Source of the DNA: Dickeya solani IPO 2222
Lineage (GTDB): Bacteria; Pseudomonadota; Gammaproteobacteria; Enterobacterales; Enterobacteriaceae
Length of the DNA stretch: 32,000 nt
Assembly: GCF_001644705.1 (NCBI RefSeq)
Contig: NZ_CP015137.1
Coordinates: 840,001-872,000 of the forward strand
Direction: 5' to 3'
Under the pieces are notes generated by a model. The model was not told the origin of the DNA, searched no databases, and saw only the letters and a program-made list of their open reading frames with translations. A program made the translations under genes and the position numbers. Positions within the stretch are counted from its first letter, which is position 1. Each line of letters opens with the position of its first letter. Below, piece by piece: positions 18,605-30,794 of this stretch.

Positions 18605-19512
18605 GTTATCCGCTCCATCGCCGTGTCCAGCAACCGGCAGAAACGCATCGCCGACAGGGTGGCGCCATACAGCCAGACGGTTTCGGAACGCAGCCACCGA
18701 CGGTCACGAACAAACGGCAGCGACTGCCAGACAGGATTAGTGCTGACCCGCGACATCAACCCATCGTTGCCATGTTCGAAACAAATGGCATTGGCATGGC
18801 CGACAGACGCCAGTTGTTCCATGCCAACCACCGTACTGCCCCAGAAGTTGGTGCTGCCCTGCCAGGCGTTTTCGATGCCAAGCTGATCCAGCACGTCCTG
18901 AAACAGGCTGTTTTTTCCCACCACCAACGCATGACGCTCATCCAACACCGAAAACAGCAACAGTGGACGCCGGGTATAGGGCTGCAATCTGACGCGGGCT
19001 TCCGCCATAAACTGATCGAACGCCGTCAGATGGCGTTCAGCGGCGGCGTTCATCGCCAACCGTTCCGCCAGCGTCATCAACGACTGTCTGGCGACTTGCA
19101 ATGGCTTGCCGCTGCCGTCGCTAAACGCGAAGCCCAACGACGGCGCAATGCGTTCAAGCTGCTCCGCCGCCGGGCCATAGCCCGTCGAATAAAGCAGCAG
19201 CGAGGGATTGAGCCGCGCCAGCAGTTCGAGGTTGGGTTCGGTGCGCAAGCCGACGTCCACCACGCTGGTCGGCAACGCCGGCGCTTGCACCCACAGGCGG
19301 TAGTTGTGGATGTCCGCCACGCCCATTGGCGTGACGCCCAGCGCCATCAATAACTCTACCGGCAGCCATTCCAGCGCCACGATGCGCTGACTATCGACCT
19401 CAGCCGCGCGGGTAGCAAAAGGAGAAAACCACGGGGCAACCAGCATCGCCGCCAGCAGGCGGCGCCGGAACGCATCCGGCTCGTTCGGGTTACCCATCAT
19501 TTTATTCAGCAT
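18601..19512 (-). CDS. fhuD: periplasmic ferric hydroxamate-binding protein, 303 aa
   Basis: RIVALEWLPVELLMALGVTPMGVADIHNYRLWV...VGLRTEPNLELL... matches FhuD. The n-region carries FRRRLLAAM. The ATG at 19512 is preceded by GAGTG; the track ORF starts at an upstream GTG. Confidence 0.9.
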   Translation of the reverse strand: MLNKMMGNPNEPDAFRRRLLAAMLVAPWFSPFATRAAEVDSQRIVALEWLPVELLMALGVTPMGVADIHNYRLWVQAPALPTSVVDVGLRTEPNLELLARLNPSLLLYSTGYGPAAEQLERIAPSLGFAFSDGSGKPLQVARQSLMTLAERLAMNAAAERHLTAFDQFMAEARVRLQPYTRRPLLLFSVLDERHALVVGKNSLFQDVLDQLGIENAWQGSTNFWGSTVVGMEQLASVGHANAICFEHGNDGLMSRVSTNPVWQSLPFVRDRRWLRSETVWLYGATLSAMRFCRLLDTAMERIT

Positions 19513-19523
19513 ACGACACTCAT

Positions 19524-20324
19524 TCAGCACACAAAACTGACCGGCGTCCCTTCGACCGGATGAGGCAGCACCCCCATCGGGATGCCGTAAATAGCCTGTA
19601 GAACCTCCGCCTGCATCAGCGCCTGCGGCGTTCCCTGCGCGACAATCCGCCCCTGACGCAGCGCCACCAGCGCGTCACAGTAACGCGCCGCCATGTTGAT
19701 GTCGTGCAGCACGGCAATCACCGTGAGACCGCGTTGCTGGCTCATGCGCCGGATCAGCGACAGCACCTCCACCTGATGAGCGATATCCAGCGCCGACGTC
19801 GGTTCGTCCAGCAACAGGCAGCGGCTGTCCTGCGCTACGGTCATCGCCAGCCAGGCGCGTTGCCGCTCACCGCCGGACAAGCTGTCCACCAGCCGGTGAG
19901 CAAAGGGCGACAACCCCACCAGTTCAATGGCGTCATCCACCTTCTGCTGGTCGGCCGGTCCAAACCGCCCCAGCGCGCCATGCCACGGGTAGCGGCCAAC
20001 CGCCACCAGCTCGCGCACCGTCATGCCGTCGGCGGCGGGCAATTGCTGCGGCAGGTAGGCGACCTGACGGGCGAACGCCTTGCCGCCCCACGCCGACAGC
20101 GGTTTTTCCGCCAGCAGCGCCGAGCCGCCGGAAGGCGCCTGATGGCGCCCCAGCATTTTCAACAGGGTGGATTTGCCGGACCCGTTATGACCGAGCAAGC
20201 CGCAGACTTTTCCCGCCGGAAAAGTCAGTGTCAGCGGATGCAGCAGTACCCGATCAGCCACGGAAAAGCTGACCTCATTCAGCCGGAAGGTGATCTCCGG
20301 CGGCATCATAGCGTTTTGCATCAT
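19524..20324 (-). CDS. fhuC: ferric hydroxamate ABC transporter ATP-binding protein, 266 aa
   Basis: Walker A GHNGSGKST, Q-loop YLPQQ, signature LSGGERQR, Walker B LLLDEPTSALD, H-loop VLHDIN. The start is ATG 20324 or 20321. The 116-codon N-terminal extension in the track ORF crosses the Fur-box region and the mrcB terminator and is rejected. Confidence 0.93.
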   Translation of the reverse strand: MMQNAMMPPEITFRLNEVSFSVADRVLLHPLTLTFPAGKVCGLLGHNGSGKSTLLKMLGRHQAPSGGSALLAEKPLSAWGGKAFARQVAYLPQQLPAADGMTVRELVAVGRYPWHGALGRFGPADQQKVDDAIELVGLSPFAHRLVDSLSGGERQRAWLAMTVAQDSRCLLLDEPTSALDIAHQVEVLSLIRRMSQQRGLTVIAVLHDINMAARYCDALVALRQGRIVAQGTPQALMQAEVLQAIYGIPMGVLPHPVEGTPVSFVC

Positions 20325-20382
20325 GAGTTCGTGCGTTGAAGGTATTCGGTTCACCCGCCAGTTATCACGGTGGGCGAATATG

Positions 20383-20418
20383 AAAACGATAATGATTCTT
20401 ATAAAGATTGAATGATAG
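20383..20418 (-). promoter_or_regulatory. Fur-box-like operator in the fhuC upstream region
   Basis: AAAACGATAATGATTCTTATAAAGATTGAATGATAGG. The core 20388-20406, GATAATGATTCTTATAAAG, matches the Fur consensus GATAATGATAATCATTATC at 13/19 positions, with the first 9 perfect. It lies 60-95 nt upstream of the fhuC ATG in an A/T-rich island. Confidence 0.55.
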
Positions 20419-20494
20419 GCGTAAGCCGAGGCTATCCGCAACCAATTTAGCCGCCAGCGGATGAAATACGGGCACAGAGAAAATAGCGCAGGGG

Positions 20495-20522
20495 AAAAAA
20501 GCACGCCCGGCGAACCGGGCGT
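20495..20522 (-). terminator. rho-independent terminator of mrcB
   Basis: Minus strand reads ACGCCCGG-TTCG-CCGGGCGT followed by GCTTTTTTCCCC. It starts 30 nt past the mrcB stop. Confidence 0.85.
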
Positions 20523-20551
20523 GAGTATGACATTGAAATGTCGGTAGGCGC

Positions 20552-23044
20552 TTACTGCCCGAACATCTGCTTGATCCAGTCGGGAACGCTGCCGCCTTCC
20601 TGCTGATTTTGTTGTGGCTGACCGTTCGGCGCATTGGCCGGTTGTTGCACCGCTTGCTGGCTGGCCTGACACAACGCCTGCGGGTTATCGGTCCACACCG
20701 GCAATGCCCGGCCGGCGCTGCCGTTACAGATAAAGTTGCCGCTACTGTCCACCGACATGGTGGTAATGCCTTCCGGCGGCGTCAACATCAGCGGTAACGG
20801 CGTCTGGTTTTCCAGATAGCGGCGATAGATAGTCAGCGCGCCATTGGCGCCGGTCAGTTTCGCCGGGCCATTGTTGTCGCGGCCAACCCAGGTGATCGCC
20901 ACTTCCTTGCCGTCGACGCCGGCAAACCAGCTATCGCGCAGGTCGTTGGTGGTACCGGTTTTCCCCGCCAGGTGGTAGTTGCCGAATTTCACCGTCAGCG
21001 AGCGCGAGGTGCCGCGCTCCACCACCTGTTGCATACCGTACAGCGTCAGGTAGGCAGCCTGTGACGGCACGGCCCGTTCGGCCTGCGGGAAGCTCTGGTA
21101 CAGCACCTTGCCGTCTTCGGCGATCACCGAACGCAGCGCAGAAAGCGACGCGCGATTACCGCCGCTGGCGATAGTCTGGTATTCCTGCGCCACTTCCATC
21201 GGCGTCAGGCTGATGGCGCCGAGCAGCATCGCCGGCACCGCCTGAATCTGGTTCTGCGGGATCCCCAGCTTCTGCAAGGTATCGCTGACCTGATCCAGCC
21301 CCACCGCCATCCCCAGATTGACCGTCGGCACGTTGAGCGAATTCGCCAGCGCGTCCACCAACATCACCCGCCCACGGAACTCACGATCGTAGTTTTTCGG
21401 CTCCCAGACGGTGCCGTTCGGCTGTTTGAGCGAAATCGGTTCATCCGCCAGAATGGTGTTGAGGCGGTAGCGATCCGGCATGCTGAGCGCCGTCAGGTAC
21501 GTCGGCGGTTTCGCCAGCGAACCGACCGAACGGCGCGCCTGCATGGCACGGTTGAAACCGGCGAACTGAGCGTCGGAACCGCCCACCATCGCCCGAATCT
21601 CGCCGCTAAAACGATCGACAATCACCATCGCCGATTCCAGATCTTTGACGCCGCGCGCAGCGCGCAGCGCCGGAATGCCATCTTCCACCGCTTTTTCCGC
21701 CGCATCCTGCGACACCGGATCCAGCGTAGTGAAGATTTTCACCCCAGACAGGTCGTTGGTCTTGTCACCCAGCCGCTGCTGCAGCTCCTGGCGCACCATC
21801 TGCATGAACGCCGGCTGCGGGCTGATCACCCCGCCTTTTGGCTGAACGCCCAGCGGGCGAGCGCTCAACATGTTGTAAAGATCTTCGTCGATGACCTGCT
21901 GGTTCTGCAGCAGTTTCAGCACCAGGTTACGGCGCTCCAGCGTCACCTGCGGGTTACGCCACGGGTTATAGAGCGACGCCCCTTTCACCATCCCCACCAG
22001 CATTGCCTGTTGGTCGAGACTCAGTTCGTTTACCGGCCGCCCGAAATAGTAAAGGCTGGCCAGCGGAAAACCACGAATCTGATCGTTACCGCTCTGACCG
22101 AGGTACACCTCGTTCAGATACAGCTCCAGAATGCGATCCTTGCTGTAGCGGTAATCCATGATCAACGCCATGTAGGCTTCGTTGGCTTTACGCCATAGCG
22201 AGCGTTCGTTGGTCAGGAACAGGTTTTTCACCAGCTGCTGGGTCAGCGTACTGCCGCCCTGCACCGCTCGGCCCGCCGTCAGGTTGGCCAGCATCGCGCG
22301 ACCGATGGAGTAGAAACTGATGCCGTCATGCTCGTAGAAATGACGGTCTTCGGTGGCAATCAGCGTTTGCACCAGCAGGTCGGGGAAACCGGAGCGCTGC
22401 ACAAACAGTCGCTGTTCGCCGTTCGGCGACTGCAACATGGTGATCAGTTTCGGATCGAGCCGAAAGAAACCGAAATTGCGCTGATTGTCCATATTCTGGA
22501 TCTGCGACAACCGGTCATTGCTGAAGATCATTTTGGCGTGAATTTGGCCTTCCTTGCCGTCCGGAAAGTCAAACGGACGACGCAGGATTTCGATGCCGTT
22601 GGCCTGCACCGTGAATTCGCCCGGCCGGGTAATGCGGCTGACCTCGCGGTATTGCATGCCTTCCAGCAGATTGACCATCTCTTTTTTGCTGTAGGCCATG
22701 CCCGGCTCAAGGTTGACCATGCGACCATACACCGCCGCCGGCAGTTGCCACACTTTGCCGTCGATACGACTGCGAATCTCTCCGTCGAGGTAAACGCCAT
22801 AAATCGACATCACCACCACGAAGATCAGGAATAGCCGGATCAGCAACCCCAGCCAGCGGCGTTTCTTACGCGGCCGCTTGCTCATGACTTCTTCCTCGTC
22901 GTCGTCATAGTCTTCTTCGTACTCTTCTTCATAATCGTCGTCGTAGTCATCATCCCTGCGGCGGCGCGTCGCTTGCTTGCGAGGGGGAGTGTGTCGTGAC
23001 GCACTATGTTTGCGCCCGATAGGTTCGCGGTCATCCCGAGACAT
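20552..23044 (-). CDS. mrcB: penicillin-binding protein 1B (bifunctional glycosyltransferase/transpeptidase), 830 aa
   Basis: Acidic N-terminus [22 protein letters not shown] followed by a TM segment. GT motifs [12 protein letters not shown] and [14 protein letters not shown] motifs SLAK, SLN and KTGTT. Collinear with E. coli PBP1B. Confidence 0.96.
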   Translation of the reverse strand: MSRDDREPIGRKHSASRHTPPRKQATRRRRDDDYDDDYEEEYEEDYDDDEEEVMSKRPRKKRRWLGLLIRLFLIFVVVMSIYGVYLDGEIRSRIDGKVWQLPAAVYGRMVNLEPGMAYSKKEMVNLLEGMQYREVSRITRPGEFTVQANGIEILRRPFDFPDGKEGQIHAKMIFSNDRLSQIQNMDNQRNFGFFRLDPKLITMLQSPNGEQRLFVQRSGFPDLLVQTLIATEDRHFYEHDGISFYSIGRAMLANLTAGRAVQGGSTLTQQLVKNLFLTNERSLWRKANEAYMALIMDYRYSKDRILELYLNEVYLGQSGNDQIRGFPLASLYYFGRPVNELSLDQQAMLVGMVKGASLYNPWRNPQVTLERRNLVLKLLQNQQVIDEDLYNMLSARPLGVQPKGGVISPQPAFMQMVRQELQQRLGDKTNDLSGVKIFTTLDPVSQDAAEKAVEDGIPALRAARGVKDLESAMVIVDRFSGEIRAMVGGSDAQFAGFNRAMQARRSVGSLAKPPTYLTALSMPDRYRLNTILADEPISLKQPNGTVWEPKNYDREFRGRVMLVDALANSLNVPTVNLGMAVGLDQVSDTLQKLGIPQNQIQAVPAMLLGAISLTPMEVAQEYQTIASGGNRASLSALRSVIAEDGKVLYQSFPQAERAVPSQAAYLTLYGMQQVVERGTSRSLTVKFGNYHLAGKTGTTNDLRDSWFAGVDGKEVAITWVGRDNNGPAKLTGANGALTIYRRYLENQTPLPLMLTPPEGITTMSVDSSGNFICNGSAGRALPVWTDNPQALCQASQQAVQQPANAPNGQPQQNQQEGGSVPDWIKQMFGQ

Positions 23045-23148
23045 TACAGTGACATCTCCATCAGGTTACTGACGGCCGTCGGATTACCCGTTGTGGCCGT
23101 CTACTCTGTGTCTCCCACGCTGCGCAAGGAAGGGGGAAACATCTGAAA

Positions 23149-25593
<2,445 letters not shown>

Positions 25594-25782
25594 ACAACTC
25601 TCCGTAATCATGGCTGAATCCGGCGGCACAACCTTAGCCGGACACGATATAAAAACAGTATCTCAATGAATAGAAAAACGGCGCGCCGGCCGGTGTCTGA
25701 ACATGGCGAATGGCGGAACGCAACCTTAACTTTATCCGGCGGGCATTGTAGCATCGGAACTCCGCAGAACGGAGAGATTGCC

Positions 25783-26316
25783 ATGACCCCGACCCGCCGC
25801 CTGTTTTTTGCCCTGTCGTTGCCAGACCCGATCGGCCAGCAGATCGTACACTGGCGCGCCGCGCAATTCGCCCCCGAGGCCGGGCGCCCGGTGGCGGCGG
25901 CCAATCTGCACCTGACGCTGGCATTCCTCGGTGAGGTCAGCGACGCCAAAATACAGGTTTTGCAGACGCTGGCCGGCCGTATCCGTCAGCCGGCGTTTAC
26001 CCTTAATCTGAACGACGCCGGCCACTGGCCCCGCCCTGGCGTAGTGTGGCTCGGTTGTCGTCAGGCGCCGCGCGGCTTGCTGCAACTGGCGGAGATGTTA
26101 CGTTCGCAGGCGGCACGCAACGGTTGCTATCAACCCCCTCAGCCGTTTCATCCGCGCATCACGCTGCTGCGCGGCGCTACCCGCCCGGTGCCGGTGCCAG
26201 CCGCCACGTTCGGCTGGACGGTGCGGGCCGAACAGTTTTTTCTGTACGAATCGCGCGCCGAAGCGGGCCGAACCCACTATCACCCCATCGCCCATTGGCC
26301 GTTACTGACTTCCTGA
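25783..26316 (+). CDS. thpR: RNA 2',3'-cyclic phosphodiesterase / 2'-5' RNA ligase family (2H phosphoesterase), 177 aa
   Basis: MTPTRRLFFALSLP...AGRPVAAANLHLTLAFLGEV...FHPRITLLR is collinear with E. coli ThpR/LigT at the same residue numbering. ATG 25783 has SD GGAGAG 6 nt upstream. The second HxTx motif reads RITL (see findings). Confidence 0.9.
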   Translation: MTPTRRLFFALSLPDPIGQQIVHWRAAQFAPEAGRPVAAANLHLTLAFLGEVSDAKIQVLQTLAGRIRQPAFTLNLNDAGHWPRPGVVWLGCRQAPRGLLQLAEMLRSQAARNGCYQPPQPFHPRITLLRGATRPVPVPAATFGWTVRAEQFFLYESRAEAGRTHYHPIAHWPLLTS

Positions 26317-26328
26317 GAGACATCATTC

Positions 26329-27048
26329 ATGCAATTTTCCCCACGCCTGCAACCCGCCACGCTGCTCAAACGTTACAAACGATTTCTGGCGGATGTGGTA
26401 ACCCCTGACGGAAGAACCCTGACGCTGCATTGCCCCAATACCGGCGCCATGACCGGCTGTGGCGCGCCGGGCGATACCGTCTGGTACTCCACCTCGGATA
26501 ACCCGAAACGCAAGTACCCCCATACCTGGGAACTGACGCAGACCGCGCAGGGACACTGGATTGGCGTGAATACCCTGCGCGCCAATCAATTGGTACTTGA
26601 GGCGCTACAAGCAGGCCGGCTGGCCGATTTCGCCGATTACACTACTATCCGCGCCGAGGTGCGCTATGGTTTGGAAAACAGCAGGATAGACGTGTTATTG
26701 CAGGCGGAGGAGCGGGCGGACTGCTATATTGAAGTCAAATCAGTCACATTATTGCAACACGGATGTGGTTACTTTCCCGATGCGGTAACGCTCAGAGGGC
26801 AGAAGCATCTGCGGGAACTGCAACAGGTGGCGGCGCAGGGGGGTCGTGCCGTATTGTGTTTCGCCGCGCTGCACTCCGGCATCGACCGGATTTCACCGGC
26901 GCAACATATTGACCGACATTACGCCGAATTATTACAACTATCCCGGCAGCAGGGGGTTGAAATTCTGTGTTACGGTGCCCATATCACCCCTGATGGCATG
27001 ACGCTGGGGCAATTGTTACCGTTCAATAACGTGACGACAGCGAGCTAA
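26329..27048 (+). CDS. sfsA: sugar fermentation stimulation protein A (SfsA nuclease-like family), 239 aa
   Basis: [44 protein letters not shown]...[10 protein letters not shown]...[17 protein letters not shown] matches SfsA. Confidence 0.93.
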   Translation: MQFSPRLQPATLLKRYKRFLADVVTPDGRTLTLHCPNTGAMTGCGAPGDTVWYSTSDNPKRKYPHTWELTQTAQGHWIGVNTLRANQLVLEALQAGRLADFADYTTIRAEVRYGLENSRIDVLLQAEERADCYIEVKSVTLLQHGCGYFPDAVTLRGQKHLRELQQVAAQGGRAVLCFAALHSGIDRISPAQHIDRHYAELLQLSRQQGVEILCYGAHITPDGMTLGQLLPFNNVTTAS

Positions 27049-27218
27049 TTCTGCCACGCGTTATGTATTATCTGATGGGATTATACCGTTTCTCACACTT
27101 TGTCAGGCCAGTGTCGGGAATGATTGCCAACCTAACCTCCATCTGTTATTTATAGCGGCCTGTTTTTCCCCCCTGGGGGGGTCGATACTGCGTGTCGTGT
27201 TTATGTAGGAGAAGCAAC

Positions 27219-27674
27219 ATGCAAGAAGGGCAAAACCGTAAGACATCCTCTCTGAGCATTCTCGCGATTGCCGGAGTGGAGCCGTACCAGGAGAAGCCGG
27301 GCGAAGAATACATGAACGACGCTCAGCTGGCTCATTTCAGGCGTATTCTTGAAGCATGGCGCAATCAACTCAGGGACGAAGTGGATCGAACCGTATCCCA
27401 CATGCAGGATGAAGCCGCTAACTTTCCGGACCCGGTAGACCGTGCCGCGCAGGAAGAAGAATTCAGCCTTGAACTGCGCAACCGCGATCGTGAACGTAAG
27501 CTGATCAAGAAGATTGCCAAAACACTGCAAAAAATCGAAGACGAGGACTTTGGCTATTGCGATTCCTGCGGCGTGGAAATCGGTATCCGTCGTCTGGAAG
27601 CCCGTCCTACCGCGGATCTGTGTATTGACTGCAAAACGCTGGCCGAAATCCGCGAAAAGCAGATGGCCGGATGA
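27219..27674 (+). CDS. dksA: RNA polymerase-binding transcription factor DksA, 151 aa
   Basis: [33 protein letters not shown]..., coiled-coil tip [13 protein letters not shown], and zinc finger CDSCG...CIDC. SD AGGAGAAG. The track ORF starts at an upstream GTG. Confidence 0.97.
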   Translation: MQEGQNRKTSSLSILAIAGVEPYQEKPGEEYMNDAQLAHFRRILEAWRNQLRDEVDRTVSHMQDEAANFPDPVDRAAQEEEFSLELRNRDRERKLIKKIAKTLQKIEDEDFGYCDSCGVEIGIRRLEARPTADLCIDCKTLAEIREKQMAG

Positions 27675-27679
27675 TATCC

Positions 27680-27725
27680 ACCCGGCGGGAAAGCATACTG
27701 CCCTACCGCCGGGTTTTCGCTTCTT
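27680..27725 (+). terminator. rho-independent terminator between dksA and gluQ
   Basis: ACCCGGCGG, a 17-nt loop, CCGCCGGGT, followed by TTTTCGCTTCTT. It starts 6 nt after the dksA stop. Confidence 0.7.
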
Positions 27726-27767
27726 ATGACCAGCCAGTATTACTGTTAACCGGCATGATATCGTCGT

Positions 27768-28676
27768 ATGCCTGAATCACGCCCTTACATCGGACGCTTC
27801 GCGCCTTCCCCTTCTGGCGATCTCCATTTTGGTTCCCTGATTGCCGCACTGGGTAGCTACCTGCAGGCCCGCGCCTGCCACGGACGCTGGCTGGTGCGTA
27901 TTGAGGATATCGACCCGCCGCGCGAAGTGCCCGGCGCCGCCGCACGTATTCTCCGCCAACTGGAACAATATGGCCTGCTCTGGGACGGCGACGTGGTGTA
28001 CCAGTCTCGCCGCCACGATCTTTATCGCGCGGTGCTGGCCGACCTGCAGCGTCAGGGGAAATGTTACTACTGCACCTGCACCCGGCAACGCATCCAACAG
28101 ATTGGCGGCCACTACGACGGTCACTGTCGCGATCGCGGCCTGCCGTCGAATCAGGCGGCGCTACGCCTGCGTCTGCGCCAACCGGTTCTCCACTTTCACG
28201 ATCGCTTGCGCGGGCAGATCGATGCCGACCCGATGCTGGCGCGAGAAGACTTTATTATCCATCGCCGCGATGGCCTGTTTGCTTACAATCTGGCGGTAGT
28301 GGTGGACGACCACGATCAGGGCGTTACCGAAATTGTACGTGGCGCGGACCTGATCGAACCGACGGTACGTCAGTTATCGCTGTACCACCAACTGGATTAT
28401 CCGGCTCCAGCCTACGTGCATCTGCCGCTGGCGCTCAATTCCGACGGCAACAAACTCTCCAAGCAGAACCACGCTCCGGCGCTGCCTGATGGCGATCCGC
28501 GGGCAGTGCTGGCACAGGCGCTGATGTTTTTGCGCCAGCCATTGCCTGCGCACTGGCAAGACCTCAATCTGGACGCCTTGCTCGCATGGGCCGTCGCGAA
28601 CTGGTCGCTGGCTAGGGTCCCTGTCGAAGCCCCCCTTACATCGACGGAAATAACATCAGCATTCTCAAAGGGCTGA
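27768..28676 (+). CDS. gluQ: glutamyl-Q tRNA(Asp) synthetase, 302 aa
   Basis: [30 protein letters not shown]...[18 protein letters not shown], zinc site YYCTCTR...GHYDGHCRD, and KLSKQ. This is a truncated GluRS paralogue lacking the anticodon-binding domain. Confidence 0.94.
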   Translation: MPESRPYIGRFAPSPSGDLHFGSLIAALGSYLQARACHGRWLVRIEDIDPPREVPGAAARILRQLEQYGLLWDGDVVYQSRRHDLYRAVLADLQRQGKCYYCTCTRQRIQQIGGHYDGHCRDRGLPSNQAALRLRLRQPVLHFHDRLRGQIDADPMLAREDFIIHRRDGLFAYNLAVVVDDHDQGVTEIVRGADLIEPTVRQLSLYHQLDYPAPAYVHLPLALNSDGNKLSKQNHAPALPDGDPRAVLAQALMFLRQPLPAHWQDLNLDALLAWAVANWSLARVPVEAPLTSTEITSAFSKG

Positions 28677-28741
28677 GGGTGAGCTATGATTAGCCGCTAT
28701 TTTTTGTTGTGCCGTTAATTTTCCAATGATTATCGAGGTGT

Positions 28742-30148
28742 ATTATCTTTACCCGGGTAGCTAATTTTTGCCGCAAGGTACTGAATCGTGAGAATGAGCC
28801 CGTCAGGGCGGACAATCCGCCGCTGGCGATAACGGTCGTTCCCCGTGACCAGCATGCCATTTCACGCAGCGACATTAGTGAGAATGCGCTGAAAGTACTG
28901 TATCGCCTGAGCAAAGCGGGCTATGAGGCTTATCTGGTGGGCGGCGGCGTCCGCGACCTGCTGTTGGGCAAAAAACCCAAAGACTTCGATATCACCACCA
29001 ACGCCACCCCGGAACAGGTCCGCAAGTTGTTCCGCAACTGCCGACTAGTGGGCCGTCGTTTCCGTCTGGCACATGTGATGTTCGGCCCGGAAGTCATTGA
29101 GGTCGCCACATTCCGCGGCCACCACGAACAGCATCAGGAACAGGAAACGAAAAACGCCGCCCAGCAAGGCCAAAACGGTATGCTGCTGCGCGACAACATT
29201 TTCGGCACCATCGAGGAAGACGCCCAGCGGCGCGACTTCTCCATCAACAGTCTCTATTACAGCATCGCCGACTTCACCGTTCGCGACTACACCAACGGTC
29301 TGAACGACCTGCATCAGGGGTTGATTCGCCTGATTGGCGAACCGGAAACCCGCTACCGCGAAGACCCGGTGCGTATGCTGCGCGCCGTGCGATTCGCCGC
29401 CAAACTCGATATGCGCATCAGCTCGGAAACCGCCGAGCCGATTCCTCGTCTTGCCTCGTTGCTGCACGACATTCCGCCGGCGCGGCTGTTTGAAGAATCC
29501 CTGAAACTGCTGCAGGCGGGTTACGGCTATCCGACTTATCAGTTGCTGTGCGAATACCAGCTGTTTCAGCCGCTGTTTCCGCTGATCAGCCGCTACTTCA
29601 CCGCTAACGGCGAAAGCACCATGGAGCGGATGATCGTACAGGTGCTGAAAAACACCGATCAACGCATCCAGAACGACATGCGCGTCAACCCGGCGTTTCT
29701 GTTCTCCGCCATGTTGTGGTACCCGCTGGTGGAACACGCCCAAAAACTGACGCAGGAGAGCGGGCTGGCCTACTTTGAAGCGTTCGCCTTAGCCATGAAC
29801 GACGTACTGGACGAACAGTGTCGCTCGCTGGCGATCCCCAAACGTATTACCTCGCTGATCCGCGATATCTGGCAATTGCAACTGCGTCTGTCGCGCCGTC
29901 AGGGCAAACGCGCCTTTAAGCTGATGGAACACCCGAAATTCCGCGCCGCCTATGACCTGCTCAGCCTGCGTGCGGAAATCGAAAACCATCAGGAGCTACA
30001 GCGTCTGACGCAGTGGTGGGGAGAGTTTCAGGTCGCCGCACCGCCGCGCCAGCAGGTGATGTTGAACACACTGGATGACGGCCCATCGCCGCATCGCCGC
30101 TCTCGCCGTCCGCGCAAGCGCCCAGCCCGCCGGGATAACGCCCGGTGA
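28742..30148 (+). CDS. pcnB: poly(A) polymerase I, about 468 aa, with a non-canonical ATT (28742) or ATC (28745) start
   Basis: Frame from the in-frame TGA at 28727-28729: [18 protein letters not shown]..., homologous to the E. coli PcnB N-terminus [13 protein letters not shown]. There is no ATG, GTG or TTG before GTG 28937, which lies inside the conserved [18 protein letters not shown] catalytic core. SD GAGGTG at 28735-28740. Confidence 0.9.
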   Translation: MIFTRVANFCRKVLNRENEPVRADNPPLAITVVPRDQHAISRSDISENALKVLYRLSKAGYEAYLVGGGVRDLLLGKKPKDFDITTNATPEQVRKLFRNCRLVGRRFRLAHVMFGPEVIEVATFRGHHEQHQEQETKNAAQQGQNGMLLRDNIFGTIEEDAQRRDFSINSLYYSIADFTVRDYTNGLNDLHQGLIRLIGEPETRYREDPVRMLRAVRFAAKLDMRISSETAEPIPRLASLLHDIPPARLFEESLKLLQAGYGYPTYQLLCEYQLFQPLFPLISRYFTANGESTMERMIVQVLKNTDQRIQNDMRVNPAFLFSAMLWYPLVEHAQKLTQESGLAYFEAFALAMNDVLDEQCRSLAIPKRITSLIRDIWQLQLRLSRRQGKRAFKLMEHPKFRAAYDLLSLRAEIENHQELQRLTQWWGEFQVAAPPRQQVMLNTLDDGPSPHRRSRRPRKRPARRDNAR

Positions 30149-30633
30149 TCCGGGTTTATCTGGCGCTGGGCAGCAACCTGTCCGAGCCATTGCAACAGGT
30201 GCGAGCCGCGCTAACCGCGCTGGACGCTATTCCGCACACCCGGCTGGCGCGCTGTTCGTCATTTTATCGCAGCCGCCCGCTCGGCCCGCAGGATCAGCCT
30301 GATTATCTTAATGCCGTCGCCGAGTTGCAGACCGCGTTGCCGCCGGAAACGCTGCTGGACCACACCCAGCGCATCGAGCAGGAACAAGGACGGGTGCGTA
30401 AGGAACACCGCTGGGGACCGCGTACCCTCGACCTCGATATTCTGCTGTTTGGCGATATGACGCTGCATACCGAACGGCTTACGGTACCGCACTATGACAT
30501 GAAAAACCGTGAGTTCATGCTTTACCCGCTGGCTGAACTGGCGCCGGAACTGGTGTTTCCCGATGGAGAAGCGCTGGCGACGCGGTTACAACTGGTGCCA
30601 CGCAACGGCCTGACCCGATGGGACGACCAATAA
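30145..30633 (+). CDS. folK: 2-amino-4-hydroxy-6-hydroxymethyldihydropteridine diphosphokinase, 162 aa
   Basis: [13 protein letters not shown]...[19 protein letters not shown]...[15 protein letters not shown]...[17 protein letters not shown] matches HPPK. The GTG start overlaps the pcnB TGA (GTGA). Confidence 0.93.
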   Translation: MIRVYLALGSNLSEPLQQVRAALTALDAIPHTRLARCSSFYRSRPLGPQDQPDYLNAVAELQTALPPETLLDHTQRIEQEQGRVRKEHRWGPRTLDLDILLFGDMTLHTERLTVPHYDMKNREFMLYPLAELAPELVFPDGEALATRLQLVPRNGLTRWDDQ

Positions 30634-30794
30634 CCGTCCTTTCCTCCTCCTGCTGACCACGATGCACGGCTGGCGCTAGATAAAATACCAATCTCTTGTT
30701 TTACAAATAGAAATAGATCGCTGTTCCTGATGTCTGCCTTCCATTAGAATGACTCACCCTTGAACTGCCCTTGAGTTGACTCAGAAAGGTTGCC

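Noticed and set aside
20325-20672. A 116-codon N-terminal extension of the fhuC ORF that overlaps the 3' end of mrcB.
   Set aside because: It starts at a GTG inside mrcB and crosses the mrcB terminator and the A/T-rich Fur-box region. It has no FhuC or FhuA similarity. FhuC homology begins at ATG 20324.
28690-28914. A 74-aa minus-strand ORF in the gluQ-pcnB region.
   Set aside because: It is antisense to the conserved but non-ATG-initiated 5' part of pcnB. It appears free-standing only because the ORF track truncates pcnB.
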